From: Eledone cirrhosa | Lineage: Eukaryota | Length of the DNA: 64,000 nt | Assembly (NCBI GenBank): GCA_964016885.1 | Contig: OZ024740.1 | Coordinates: 206,832,001 to 206,896,000 of the forward strand | Direction: 5' to 3' | Position numbers and translations under genes: made by a program | Notes under the pieces: model-generated | The model's input: only the letters and a program-made list of their open reading frames with translations | What the model was told of the DNA's origin: nothing | The model's database searches: none | Part shown: positions 36,838-49,944 of the stretch, in pieces | Numbering within the stretch: position 1 is the first letter of the stretch | How the letters are laid out: the number at the start of each line of letters is the position of its first letter

Positions 36838-38410
36838 TTGTCTCACGTTAAGGCTGTCAAACTAGTGAGTGAGGTAGGAGTGGGAGAGGAGAGAAAATTG
36901 CTGTCTTGCCACGATGCTGTGAGCTTTGCAGCCTTCGTCTCGGACGTGCAGTCCATTCTCCTCCAGGTACAGGTGACCCCCAAAACGGATGTCCTCATCC
37001 TCGGATCACCGATCCACTCGCCGGCCATCCTCTCCACCATCAGGTCCAGGCTCCAGCAACTCAACACCCTCACGAGCCGACTGGGCATGACTGACGCCCA
37101 CCCAGCCCTCTTCCTGTTGAGGAACTACTTCGCCTTGCCGAAGCTCCTCTATACCTTTCGCAGCGCTCCGTGCTACAGTCGCGCATCTCTCCTTGCTGAC
37201 CTCCACACTTGTATCCGAGTGGCAGCTGAGAAGATATGTAGCGTCAGGTTTGACGGCAATGGATGGCAACAGGCCACCTTACCTGTTAGATATGGTGGCC
37301 TTGGCCTCCGGTCCTCGATCTCGCTGGCTTTGCGGGCGTATCTTTCTTCGGTAATCTCATGCCGCGTCCTCGTCAACACGGTTCTCCTAAATACAATGGA
37401 ACCCTCAGAGATCGAGGAACGTGAGGCCGGCTGCGAGACGTGGAACGTGAGGCCGGCTGCGAGACGTGGAACCAGCTGGAACTTAGTCCAGTAGACGCCC
37501 CTCCTCCTTCTCCCCCTGCTGACGTCAAGTTCCCTCAGAGTATTTGGGATACCATCCAGTGCAGCCTGACCTCAGACAGGCTAACGCGCCTGCTCGACCA
37601 GCCCCACCTTGTCTGTTTCCGCGCGGCCTCACAACCCCACAGTGGGGCCCGGATCCATGCCTTACCCTTCTCCACTGACCCGCAGCTGGGCAACAGTAGC
37701 CTGCGCATTGGGATTTCGCTGAGGCTTGGCCTCCATATCTGTGATCCACACAAATGTCGCTGCGGATCCACCGTGGACTCTTTCGGCCTCCACCCGCTTC
37801 CCTGTCGCTACAGTGCCGACCGCCTTCCACGTCAACGAGGCCATAAAGCATGGCTTGGATGCTGCAGGCTTCCCCCTCCCAGCTCGAGCCGGTGGGGCTG
37901 GACCGAGGGGACGGCTAAAGACCAGGCGGTATGAACATTTCCAGTTCCGCGGTAGCAAACCCCTCGTCTAAGATGCCACTTACAGCGACACTTTCTCCAG
38001 CCGCAACCTGCTGCAGTCTGCGGCTAACCCAGGTTCTGCTGCACTTCGCGCTGAGGAGGCCAAACTCTCAAAGTATCGGTCGCTCTCCGACAGGTTTGCG
38101 GTCGTATTCTTGGCAGTGGAGACTTCTGGTGTCCTTGGCCCTAGGGCTACCTCCCTACTTACCACCATAGGCGCTGAGCTGGCCAGCCGCAGGTGTGAGC
38201 TCACGAGATGGAATTACTCTTCAAGCGCATCTCCCTTACCATCCTCCGCCGAAACGCCTTCTCCATTCTGTCCGCCGGGATGTGGGGCGGCCAGCACGTG
38301 GGACCCCATTTGCTCATAATATAGAGAGATGGAGGCGATGACAGTGGGAGTTCGTCTCTTCCATGTTCGGACACATTTGTTAAACTGTAGGTTTTATGAA
38401 ACAATTGTAC
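36838..38410 (+). mobile_element. 5'-truncated CRE-clade non-LTR retrotransposon (RT thumb, zinc knuckle, restriction-like endonuclease), frameshifted
   Basis: LILGSPI, ALFLLRNYFALPKLLY, WQQATLPVRYGGLGLRS, RIGISLRLG..CRCG..D..GLH..C, EPVGLDRGDG*RP, AEEAKLSKY, AVETSGVLGPRA, LFKRISLTILRRNA. Confidence 0.88.
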
Positions 38411-38685
38411 CATAAATTAAACAGGCCTCTGACCACTAGACCGTGGTGGTGTTACGTCGAGGAGTAAAAAGCTATCCAAATACCAGGACATGATCGACCG
38501 CTCCCTGTTTGTGTTGGTCGCCGTGATCTGGGTCCCCAAACTCCTGTTTTCCACCGTCAAATTGAGAGGCATACCCCCACCCAGCCACCCGAAGATGGAT
38601 CTCCGTGAATTGGAGTGGCTGACACATAGAGAGCAGCTAGCTGTTCTCCATGACACTGCTTTTTCCATTTTATTCACGAGTCGCA

Positions 38686-39842
38686 GATGAGATATACCAC
38701 TTAGACTGAGGTGTAGAGTTTGTCACAGCTGAGATATGCCACCTAGATTGGGGTGTCGAGTTTGTCACTCACAGCTGAGATATACCACCTAAACTGGGAT
38801 GTAGCGTCTGCCACTTACAGCTGAGATATACCACCTAGACTGGGGTTTAGAGTCTGTCACTCCCTACCACAGCTGAGATATACCACCTAGACTGGGGTTT
38901 AGAGTCTGTCACTCCCTACCACAGCTGAGATATACCACCTAGACTGGGGTGTAGAGTCTGTCTCTCCCAACCACAGCTGAGATATACCACCTAGACTGGG
39001 GTTTAGAGTCTGTCACTCCCTACCACAGCTGAGATATACCACCTAGACTGGGGTTTAGAGTCTGTCACTCCCTACCACAGCTGAGATATACCACCTAGAC
39101 TGGGGTGTAGAGTCTGTCACTCCCTACCACAGCTGAGATATACCACCTAGACTGGGGTTTAGAGTCTGTCACTCCCTACCACAGCTGAGATGTACCACCT
39201 TGACTGGGTGTAGAGTCTGTCTCTCCCAACCACAGGTGAGATATACCACCTAGACTGGGGTTTAGAGTCTGTCTCTCCCAACCACAGCTGAGATGTACCA
39301 CCTTGACTGGGTGTAGAGTCTGTCACTCCCTACCACAGCTGAGATGTACCACCTTGACTGGGTGTAGAGTCTGTCTCTCCCAACCACAGCTGAGATGTAC
39401 CACCTTGACTGGGGTTTAGAGTCTGTCACTCCCTACCACAGCTGAGATGTACCACCTTGACTGGGGTTTAGAGTCTGTCACTCCCTACCACAGCTGAGAT
39501 ATACCACCTTGACTGGGGTGTAGAGTCTGTCTCTCCCAACCACAGGTGAGATATACCACCTAGACTGGGGTGTAGAATCTGTCACTCCTTACCACAGCTG
39601 AGATATACCACCTTGACTGGGGTGTAGAGTCTGTCACTCCCTACCACAGCTGAGATATACCACCTTGACTGGGGGTGTAGAGTCTGTCTCTCCCAACCAC
39701 AGGTGAGATATACCACCTAGACTGGGGTGTAGAATCTGTCACTCCTTACCACAGCTGAGATATACCACCTAGACTGGGTGTAGAGTCTGTCACTCCCTAC
39801 CACAGCTGAGATATACCACCTTGACTGGGGTGTAGAATCTGT
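38686..39842. repeat. 52 bp minisatellite, about 20 copies plus 3 shorter degenerate units
   Basis: cagctgagatataccacctagactggggtttagagtctgtcactccctacca. Confidence 0.97.
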
Positions 39843-39944
39843 CGAACCCACCCCTTACTTTTTTTAACTTTTTCTTTTTCCTTTTTCATATTAAAACTAT
39901 TATATAATTTAATAGGAATTAGTGGAATAAAATATTTTTATATT

Positions 39945-40280
39945 TGTGGAGGGTCATTTTGTCCTAAGTAAAACACACTCACTGTTTGGTTTGGTTATCT
40001 CTTCAGTTTCATTTTATTTTTAAAATATTTCTATAAATAATTTACCTGGCTATCAATGTTTATGAATGTTAACTGTTGGTCAATCAATGATAAACATTGA
40101 TTGCCAGCTAAATTATTTATAGAAGTATAAGAAAATATATACTTAAAATGAGGCACAAATCAAACCAAACTGAGTGTGTTTTACTATTTTTTGCCAATAT
40201 TAGGACAACATGATCCTGCCCAAATATAACAATATCTGTTTTAACACACGATTTCATATTAAAAAGACTTGCAAAACAGA
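39945..40280. mobile_element. Diverged, partly palindromic relative of the 10485-10890 repeat
   Basis: aaacacactcactgtttggtt / aaccaaactgagtgtgttt arms; 3' end ccaaatataacaatatctgttttaacacacgatttcatat matches ~10830-10875. Confidence 0.7.
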
Positions 40281-40500
40281 TCGCCGCCGCAGTTAAATGA
40301 AACTTTTCTCGGCTTATGTGTGTATGAAGAGATTGAATGTAAGATAAACTAACTTTATTTCTTCTATTGAATTATTTAACTTTACTTGTTTCACTATCCT
40401 CCTCTGATAATGTTTAAAACAAAATGTGAAGTATTGAATAAACGATAACTAAAAACAGCAAAGTAAAACATAAATATAAAGATAACAATTATATTAATGA

Positions 40501-40860
40501 CCGACCTGCCAACCTCTAAAAATCCAAACGGGGAGTACCATGAAAAAAGGTGCCCCAAAACGGGGAGAAATGAGGCAAAATGGGGAAATTTTACATAATT
40601 GTTTCTACTTTTGGCACAAGGCCAGCAATTACCCAGTGCATTACTGGTACTTTATTTTATCGACCCCGTAAGGATGAAAGGCAACGTTAACCTCGGCGGG
40701 ATTTGAACTCAGACCGTAAAGGGATGTAACTCTATGCTTCAAAGCATGGTGTCCGACATAATGAAAGCTATACCCATTTTTATAAGAGAAGACATCTCTT
40801 ACCCACCCCAAAGTGGGTGTGAGATCTCCCTCTCTGACGGGGAGAGTTGACAGGTCTGGT
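40501..40860. mobile_element. MITE with TIRs, interrupted by a truncated SINE (~40600-40755, minus)
   Basis: ccgacctgccaacctct / agagttgacaggtctgg; SINE flanked by the direct repeat acataat. Confidence 0.7.
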
Positions 40861-41177
40861 CTAGTGGTAATGACAACTGTCGGAATATTGTAGTGATAAA
40901 ACCACCGGAGGGAGGGGGGGTATTGACAACTGTCGGAATATTGTAGTGATAAAAACACCAGAGGTAGGGGGAGTGGTAAATTAATACAATAAATAAATAG
41001 ATTGGAAGCGTTATATAACTTGATTGAAATTTATTAAATAAAGTTGAAGTGATAAGGTATAGGTAAATAAATAAATAAACAACTACTGGTCAGCTGGATA
41101 CAGTTTGAGGGTATAAATAAAAATTCTTGGTACTAAATGACTAGGGATTAATTGATTAAAACTTTTCTCGGGTTATG

Positions 41178-42793
41178 TGTGCAACTGAATTCTTCTACGT
41201 TTTGCGTGGCGCAGGTTCGAAATAGAATCTAAAAGTTCTCGCCTCTAAAATCACCTATTATTAGAAAAATAGAAACATCCTCTTGTAGCAAGAGTTGCCT
41301 CCCTTGTTGTGACGATCACATCACCAGTAGAGTAACGCTCTCTAGACAGGAAGTAGCTGGAGTTACTTCCCGTTGTGGTTGCCTTTCCGTCCAGGGACCA
41401 TATAAAAGGGATAGCTCAAAGTTGTCTCCCCCTCATTTGCCCTTTCGGCTGCTGGCCTACGGCCAGGCGCGTTCGCCGAGGCTATACTCCCTAATGTAAA
41501 GACCACTTGGTCTCTTGCGAGATGACTTCAAAACGGTAACAAATAACTTTACTTCATTTCTTTCATCTACTCTAGACATGTCAACCATTCTGCTCTACAT
41601 AACTCAACCATGTTAAATAAACATTGTACATACAACCGAGTGTCTCTTGTAATATTTATACACACCAGCTACATAACTCAACCATGTTAAATAAACATTG
41701 TACATACAACCGAGTGTCTCTTGTAATATTTATACACACCAGCTACATAACTCAACCATGTTAAATAAACATTGTACATACAACCGAGTGTCTCTTGTAA
41801 TATTTATACACACCAGCTACATAACTCAACCATGTTAAATAAACATTGTACATACAACCGAGTGTCTCTTGTAATATTTATACACACCAGCTACATAACT
41901 CAACCATGTTAAATAAACATTGTACATACAACCGAGTGTCTCTTGTAATATTTATACACACCAGCTACATAACTCAACCATGTTAAATAAACATTGTACA
42001 TACAACCGAGTGTCTCTGTTATATTCATACAATCCCAGTATTATGTTATACTCTCTTGTGTTCTTACTATTGTCCTGTCAAAAGGCAACTATGATAAATG
42101 TTATATACCACTTGACCTGTGACCTACCACAGACGATAGGCAGATGGTCTTGCTATTGTCTCAAAAACCATATACACGTTCTTCTAGCTATAGTATTCTT
42201 ATAAATACAAGCGCTTCGAGAGACAAATGAGAGAGTAGCTGACACAGACGACAGAAGAACCGTTCTACTAACACTGGGTTCTCTTCACGAATACAATCTT
42301 CTAGCTACTATTCTCTCACATTTCATACTCGCTCAACAGACAGACAGTGAATTAGAGAGAGGTACTGACCGCTACTATAGAAACCACCTTTGCTAGGATT
42401 AACACACACACGCACAGTAGGTTTCCTTCTATTGTTACCTTATACACTTTGTCTATCCCTTTGACTTCCTGTCATTCTCTACTACTGCAAAGCACAACAT
42501 ACAACTTCTACTGTATCGTTTTCTTTGATACATACATTTACTATCAGTATTGACTTAACAACACATACACATTCTTGGCGTGTATTTACGCTAGATCGAA
42601 GTAGCTAGTAAGACAACTAATGTAGTGATAATTGTGTAACGATTTTATTACTCAATCTTCGATGTATCAACGAGTGCATTTTATTATTACAAAATAAATG
42701 TTGTCAACATCACAATTCTTCATCATTCTTTTTATCATTCATCCTGCGAAGAATAAATCTTAACAGTTACATGGACGTGACCCTATCGCCACA
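41178..42793 (+). mobile_element. LTR-like insertion (TG...CA); core 41284-42040 homologous to LTR 60037-60400
   Basis: Shared blocks tgtagc..gttgcctcccttg, tctagac.ggaagt, tataaaa, tcaaaacggtaac, gacatgtcaa, ttcatacaa; joined flanks match the uninterrupted sequence at ~40303-40365. Confidence 0.7.
41595..42016. repeat. 74 bp tandem repeat x5.7, each unit with AATAAA
   Basis: Units start at 41595, 41669, 41743, 41817, 41891 and 41965 and appear identical. Confidence 0.97.
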
Positions 42794-42839
42794 TGTATGT
42801 ATGAGAATATTAAATGTATGATAGATAAACTAACTTTAT

Positions 42840-43000
42840 TTCTGGTGGAGTTGGGACGCTGACAGCGAAGTTCTTATCATCGCTGGCGGCTCACTTTATC
42901 GAGGTGTCAAGTGATGCACGTGAGGGTACCTGGTTGTTTCAACGCCTTAACCTCGCTATCACCCGTGGTAATGTTGCGAGTGTGCTGGTTTGCTTCAAAG
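42840..43000 (+). mobile_element. 3' fragment of a second CRE-like element
   Basis: GGVGTLTAKFLSSLAAHFIEVSSDAREGTWLFQRLNLAITRGNVASVL. Confidence 0.75.
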
Positions 43001-43584
43001 TGTTCCATTGACTCTCATCATTTGCGGCTGATTGTCACACTTGGTGGTAAATTGATGGTCGTTTTTGTTTTTGCTTCTCCCTTCTATCGTTTATCTTTTT
43101 TTTTTCTCTTTTTTTTTTTTCTTTCAGGTCATATATTTTAATACGTTGTTTTTGTGAGGTTCCTTGCATGGTTGGTTGCATTTGTTATATACGTTTATAT
43201 GTGTGCTTATCAACGATATTATATCTGAAAGAATTGTGAAAAACGTGTAATGTTATTTATGTATATATATATTATTTAATAAAATTGTATATGCATATAA
43301 AAACCTTTTTTAAAAAATGATTAGTAAGTTTCAAAAGGCAGGTACAGTGCGATATGAATATATAAACGCCAAAGAATGACAAATAATACAAAACAAGTAA
43401 TGTTTTACCCAGTATATTTCAACATATTTCAGGGTTATTACACCTTTTTTTAAAATATGAAACGAAAATGGTTCAAAGCAAAAATGATATGAAAAAAAAA
43501 TGAAGTGGGGTTGATTATCGTAGTTAAGAAAAAGAATTAAAATCTAGATTAAAATTAAGGTAGCAGTGGTGCCAGGTGGTTTGT

Positions 43585-43835
43585 GGTGAAAGTGGTTTTG
43601 TGGAGGACGCGACTGAAAGGACTGAAGACAGATACTTTCCTCTTCGGCCAAGACCTCATCAACTTTTTTAAGTTCCACTTGGAAAGGAAGGTGAGAATGG
43701 TATTTTTTCGACTCGTGTGAAATACTGTCTGGTGGATGGTACCAGTTTTTCAAAGATTCGCTATATTCACTCACCTTTTAACAAATGTACTGGGATTGGG
43801 GTAGCACTTCCCTCTCCACTCTCACCTTTCCCCAT
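43585..43835. mobile_element. Probable Tx1/L1-like 3' remnant with inversion
   Basis: KVVLWRTRLKGLKTDTFLFGQDLINFFKFHLERKVR on plus; overlapping KVRVEREVL on minus. Confidence 0.5.
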
Positions 43836-43854
43836 TTCACCACCTCGAACTGGT

Positions 43855-43980
43855 TCTTTATTTTCTCGACCACGAAGGAATGAAAAGCAAAGTTGATATC
43901 GGCGGGATTTATACTCAGAGAGAATGCGATTCGGAACAAATACCGCAAGGCATTTTGTCCCACACCATAACAATTCGCCG
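43855..43980 (-). mobile_element. Partial tRNA-derived SINE
   Basis: ttattttctcgaccacgaaggaatgaaaagcaaagttgatatcggcgggattt..ctcag. Confidence 0.75.
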
Positions 43981-44127
43981 TATATAGTTTATTCCAGTTA
44001 TGCATTCCAATCTAATGGAGACGACCTTGTTTTCATTCCTTTGGAGTCAATAAAATATATACTAGTCAGATATTGGGATTAACGGGAATACATCATGTCC
44101 TAAAGTTTGTGATCCTATACTAGTGTA

Positions 44128-44480
44128 TGAGATCGATATTACATCAATCAGTCACCTTACGAGATCAATATTACATCAATCAAAGCCACCTTGCGAGATC
44201 GATATTATATCAGTCAGAGTCACCTTACGAGATCGATATTACATCAATCAGAACCACCTTATGAGATCGACATTACATCAATGAGAATCACTTTAATAAA
44301 TTAATTTCGGGACTAAATTTAACTTTCTTGTAAGTTAATGTAAACCAGCGTTCTTTCCCATTTCCTGCGCCAGTAAATCATTATTTATATATCATCCAGT
44401 ATATTATAACATTTATATATCATCCACTATATTATAACATTTATATATCATCCAGTATATTATAACATTTATATATCTTT
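44128..44480. repeat. Two short minisatellites (~33 bp x5; 28 bp x3.5)
   Basis: gagatcgatattacatcaatcag..cacctta; atttatatatcatccagtatattataac. Confidence 0.85.
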
Positions 44481-46212
44481 CAGTATATTATAACATTTAT
44501 AGGTTCTATCGAAAATTTATATGCAAATACACAGAACATTATTAAGTGGAATAATTTGTCTGTTTAATTATGTACTAATTAATATATGTGTTAAATATGT
44601 ACAGAATATGAATACATTATTATACATACTTAGTGAATAGGTATGAAATATATTGTTGGCTTACCTCAATCATCAATTTTATTCTACCTTAGAGTCAACG
44701 AAAACCTTGTGAATGAAATTTCGTAGGTAGAAACTGTGCAGGCGTTTGTTGGGGAGGCATTCTCTCTTCTTCAGTGATAGACTTCAACAGAGTACGTTTT
44801 AACACCATCTGGTCCTTGAGTTCATTTAATAGAGCTTAATCAAGCATTCATGCAAGGTAGGCCTGTCGATAGACTTTGATGCTCGGAGTAGGAGGACGAG
44901 GCTACAGAACATTCTGGGTAGGTATTCTTTCGCAAGGAACGTATTTCAGGAAGTTTTGTTTTAGAAACTCTATTTTCGAAATCTGAGGGTGAGCCATTGA
45001 AAAGTACGAGGGGGCAGTGTCCCCTCTCTCTTGGCAACGGCCCCGATTCAATGTCTTCTTGCCACAAATTTCAGAAGTTCTGAAAAGGGCCATGCTGTTC
45101 TTCCTCTACTTATGAAGACATATCTCTGGAACATTTCTCCACATTTTTCTGTGGATATGACTGTTTTCAACAATTTTCTCTGTCGAATTGTTTTAAACAT
45201 TTTTACTTAATTTCCGTATTCACCGATATTTTTCTTTCTTGTTTCAAATAATCCTATTGAATTGGAAAATTCTATTGGAAATTTGGTTTTATGTTTCATA
45301 TATTCATTTCTCCTTCTATGTCCCATAATTGTTGCCAGTGACACCTTTATGTCCTTTGAATTTTTCTCATAAGAAGGATATTTAAGACATTGTTCAAATC
45401 CATTCAAGTGTAATGGCAACTTCATATGGTTTCTGCGTTGAAAGAGACAACACTTACAACATTAAAAAAAAACTGAATTGTTGAAAATTGCTGACATTTT
45501 GGGCGGAAAAGATAAAGTAAGTTTCTTGTGATCAAAGTTGGTAAAACTATGAGAAATGCTTTGCCATGGTTAGTGTTCCGAAACTCCTTATAATTCCTTT
45601 AATGTGAGTGTTGATGTCCTAATGCTCTCTTGTATACCATTAACTATATCTCTACCAACCACATATACCACAACACTGGTAAAAACCTAATTGGTCTTAC
45701 GCAATATATATGATACGTTAAAGCACATTAAATCAACAAAGATAAAGCACATTAAATCAACAAAGGTGGAGTCAATTAGGTTTTGAGATGAAGACAAGTT
45801 TTACTGGAAATATATCTGAATTTACCAAGCTAGGTTTATGAATAATAAAATGTTCGGTACTAATTAAAGTTTTTGATGTTATTTATTTATTTAACCACAA
45901 AAATGTCAAAATACAATTGGTATTTGTAAACACATGCAGAGACACGTGCTAACTAATCATCCAGTTAGTTGTTTAATTGACTTCTTGTAATAACATAAAC
46001 CTGTTCACTTGCTTCTTCTACTTTTCTTTGAATATGAAAATCTGTTAAAGAAATGAATGAGTTGATTGGTTGATTTCTGTAAGCCATTAAGTAATTAATT
46101 AATACTTAATAAAACATCGCAGTTTAGTTTAGTTGTCATAACAAACAGAGCTTTTGAATAAGTGACTCCTCAATATATATACGAGATACATAGAAACAGA
46201 GAAAAATAATGA

Positions 46213-46845
46213 TTTCTATATTAAGCACAAAGCCAACAATTTTAAGGAGTGGAAAGTCGATTAAATCAACCCCAATACTTGACTGCTACTTTATTTTTAT
46301 TGACCTCGAAAGGGTGAAAAGCAAAGTTGACCTCGGTGAGATTTGAATTCAGAACGTAAAAAGTCGAGAAAATACTGCATGGCAGAGAAAAATAATTCTT
46401 TCTTTTTAACATTGGCACAAGGCAAACAATGTGGGTGGGAGTCGTTTATATGGTCCCCAGTACGTAACTGGTATTTTATTTTATCGATCCCGGAATAATG
46501 AAAGACAAAGTTGACTCCGGTGGGATTTGAACTCAGAATGTAAAGAGCCGAAACCAATACTGCTAAGGATTTGTCCGATGCTCTAACGACTCTGACAATC
46601 CACTTCCATCGTAGTAGAGAGAAATAATGGTTTCTTATTTAGGCACAAGGCCAGTAATTTAAGGGAGAAAAAAGTTGATTAAATTGACTCCAGTACATTA
46701 CTGGTACTTTATTTTATCGACCTCGCAAGGATGAAAGGCAAAGCTAACCTCGGTGGGATTTGAACTCAGAACGTAAAGGGCCGTATCTCTAAGCTGCAAA
46801 GCATGTTGTCCGATGCTCTACCGATTCTGCCAATCCATTGCCCTT
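46213..46845 (-). mobile_element. Three head-to-tail tRNA-derived SINEs (~46213-46385, 46403-46610, 46630-46845)
   Basis: Each has the gcacaa.g tail, central block and tttgaa.tcagaa box B complement. Confidence 0.88.
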
Positions 46846-48346
46846 GGTAGAAAGAAATAATAATCATGGTTTTAGTTATTTACGAAGTCGATTGGTTTAA
46901 TTATATTACTATTATGTTTATCGACTTGCCAGGAATGAAAACCAAAGATAAGTTTAGGGAGATAAGGAATTACATTGATAAGGCACTGAGGCACTGATCA
47001 TTGTAAATTATCCCGCCACACCGGGAAGAACTTATCCCTATACATATTGTATAAGAGGATTCCGAAGATCGATTAAATTTGACCGATTGTGATATTATTT
47101 AAATGATTCGGTGGGAATTAAAGGTGAAATATTGGTGTACTGACAGCTTTTCCTAAATGTCCCTTCTATGAAGATGTTTTGTTTAGAAGGGACCATGTAA
47201 TTTTGGATTGATTTTGTTTTCCCTTAAAAACAAATGTATTCCAGATTTTGTATCTGAGTTCACAAGATAACCATTATGCTTGCAAATTAGTCCGTTGCAT
47301 TAACACATTTTTAGGCTTTATATTTTTAGTAAATAAATTTATTGAACAAATGTTATACAATGATGAAAATATTAAAAAAGTATAAAAACAAAATTAAGAA
47401 ATAAAAAAGAGAGAAAGGGGAAGGGTTAAAGAAGGGCAGATCTGGCTATATAGGAAAGTAAAGGAAAGGACTATAAATGCTATAAATGAGAGGAAAAGGA
47501 GGGGAAGAGCAAGGGTTATTAGGCAAGGGAAGAAAGGAAGTGGGAAGGGGAAAAGGTGGCAGGCTCATTATGTTGTCATTCAATTACACTCCAATACTAT
47601 ATATCAAATTCCTATCAAGGAGATTATTTCTCTATTGCTTCGGTTAAAGGATGGTTGTGGATTTGACACCTGGTTGGTTATCAGTCGAATTTAGCAGCTT
47701 ATACATTATAACCTTTGATATAACACAGGCTGAATATTATTACACGCTGAATAACTGACATTCATACGATTGTTATTGAATACCTTACTATATTTGTGTC
47801 CTGATGGGAAGTGATAAAATACTATATGAACAAATTCCTTTGCTATGATAGTACTTACAGCTAAATTAAACACAGGGTTTTACAGTAATATTTTTCCTTC
47901 TTATGATTTGATACGTCAGAATTGTCTATAAAATGCATTTTCTCAAAACATTCACCGTTCATAAGTGTTACATTATAATAATTAGATAACTTTATAAAAA
48001 CAGCTTCATCCGGTACATGTTTGCTAACAGTATATGCTTAATTCCTTAAGTTGTTCGGCTTGTGATTTAGATACTTATATAATTTTTTGTAAGGTTTATG
48101 GTGGAGCTTAGTATCTAGGCTAAATATTATGTCTAAAATATTACTATAATAAGATTGATATATATAGTAATACTCAATCATATCTCATTAAAGAAAACTT
48201 TAATTGAACTTTTCTAAGTATGTCTACCTCATTGATATAGACTGCATTTTACTACAAAATAAATCTCTTGCAAAAGATTAAATATTTAAAATCCTATGGT
48301 TCCACAAACCTAATCGTTATCTTATGCATCAATAGAAGTAGCAAAT

Positions 48347-48553
48347 AATTTGAAAGCCTTTAGCTATGAATTTTGGAAGCTGATGACTAGAACCATCAGG
48401 TTGATTCCAGCAGAAGCAGGGGCGGGTAATCTGTCGACAGTCAAGTGTTTCTGACTCCGGTCGTTATCAAGACAACGCTTCCTCTCCCTGCTTTCTGCTG
48501 GAATCAACCTGATGGCTCTAGTCATCAGCTTCCAAAGCTAAAGGCTTTCAAAT
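48347..48553. repeat. ~205 bp foldback (MITE-like or snap-back)
   Basis: tttgaaagcctttagct..tggaagctgatgactag..cagcagaagcaggg is inverted at ~48487-48553. Confidence 0.85.
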
Positions 48554-49238
48554 GTTTTATTCGTAAACATACCGTATATACAAATACACACACACACACA
48601 CTCATATATAAATATATATATATATATTGTTCCAGTGATGGATATTCTAACTATGTACTCGCCTAACTACTACCTTTCATACTGTAATTTGCCCTCCGTT
48701 CTACTGTACGGTAATATCGTTCAGTATGTAGATAATATATCTGTAACATTAATACCCATTTCCAAACTTCTTACTTAAACACCTCCCTACGTAGTAGATA
48801 GTATAGGTGCACATATTTTTTTACTCACTTCAATCGAGATTCACACTTGTAAATTTTTTTTAATTTTTAATTTTGGATTTCTGATTCGATTTATTAATTT
48901 TTAGTTTTAATTTCCAACTCTCATTCATAATTTCCACTGTGAAACCATAATACCTAGAATTAAGTATATTTTCTCTTAGAGGTTGATGGTCAATTATACT
49001 GTCCATGCTTAATGTGGGGTGGTATTGAGACCTATTGACACTCACACTCTCCCAACCCACTGACTTTCGGCTGACTGCCACTGATGGGGTGGCGAGCAGT
49101 AAGCTATATATTACAGGCCTGAATAGGTCATTGTTTGGTTGAGAGGGGGAACTGCCTAGGCGAATTTCGTTGATAGCTAATGGTCAACTTCCTTCGGACC
49201 TGCGCCTGCGCAGACCGGTGGGGGTGAATTGGTACTCA

Positions 49239-49533
49239 TATGGGGAACGGACGAAGAACCCGAGAGCACACACTTCGTCCGTTCCCATGTCGATTCAATT
49301 TGGATTTCCTCGGAAACATAACCTTATTATGTAATAAGCTGTCTGACGATGTCGCGACACTGGCGCACGGAACAGAGTGGCCACTGTCGCCATTGAAATA
49401 TATATCACAGAATTATTATTAAAAGACTTGAACATCTGAAACTACTTCGCTTTTCCTTATTCGATATTTACTCCGCCACTCCTATGTGGAATAAGTACGT
49501 TGAGTGCTTGAATTGAATTGCATCAATATTTAC

Positions 49534-49540
<7 letters not shown>
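49239..49540 (+). mobile_element. Mini element: 5' hairpin (49239-49290), HHR (49339-49410), tail to (TA)n
   Basis: ctgt-CTGACGA-tgtcgcgaca.tggc...gcca.tgtcgccatt-GAAA-tatata-TC-acag. Confidence 0.82.
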
Positions 49541-49598
<58 letters not shown>

Positions 49599-49792
49599 GT
49601 GTTTGTATGTGTGTCTAATGGCACAAGTTAATGTATAGCTGAAGGAAACGCCAGTATTCCCGAATCATATATGCAATAACGAAGCAACGCCTCAAACATG
49701 TGACATGGTTTGGTCTGATAAAACAGAGTCTTGATTGTTCAGTTGGCGGTCTCTTGGGAAACTAATATGGAATAGGCAATTGAAAAGACGTA

Positions 49793-49847
<55 letters not shown>

Positions 49848-49895
49848 TAAAATAACAGATTAAAGTTTAAGCAAAGAATCGCCGCTTTATTAATA

Positions 49896-49939
<44 letters not shown>

Positions 49940-49944
49940 ATGTA

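Noticed and set aside
38686-39842. CRISPR-like periodicity (also 41595-42016)
   Set aside because: Contiguous tandem units without unique spacers; eukaryotic context; no cas genes.
44840-45425. Weak resemblance to a Gypsy integrase (GPLP, GHKG)
   Set aside because: Too degraded to support without a profile search.
48347-48553. CTGATGA in both arms of the foldback as a hammerhead
   Set aside because: No convincing stem II-GAAA-stem III-NUH arrangement; kept only as an inverted repeat.
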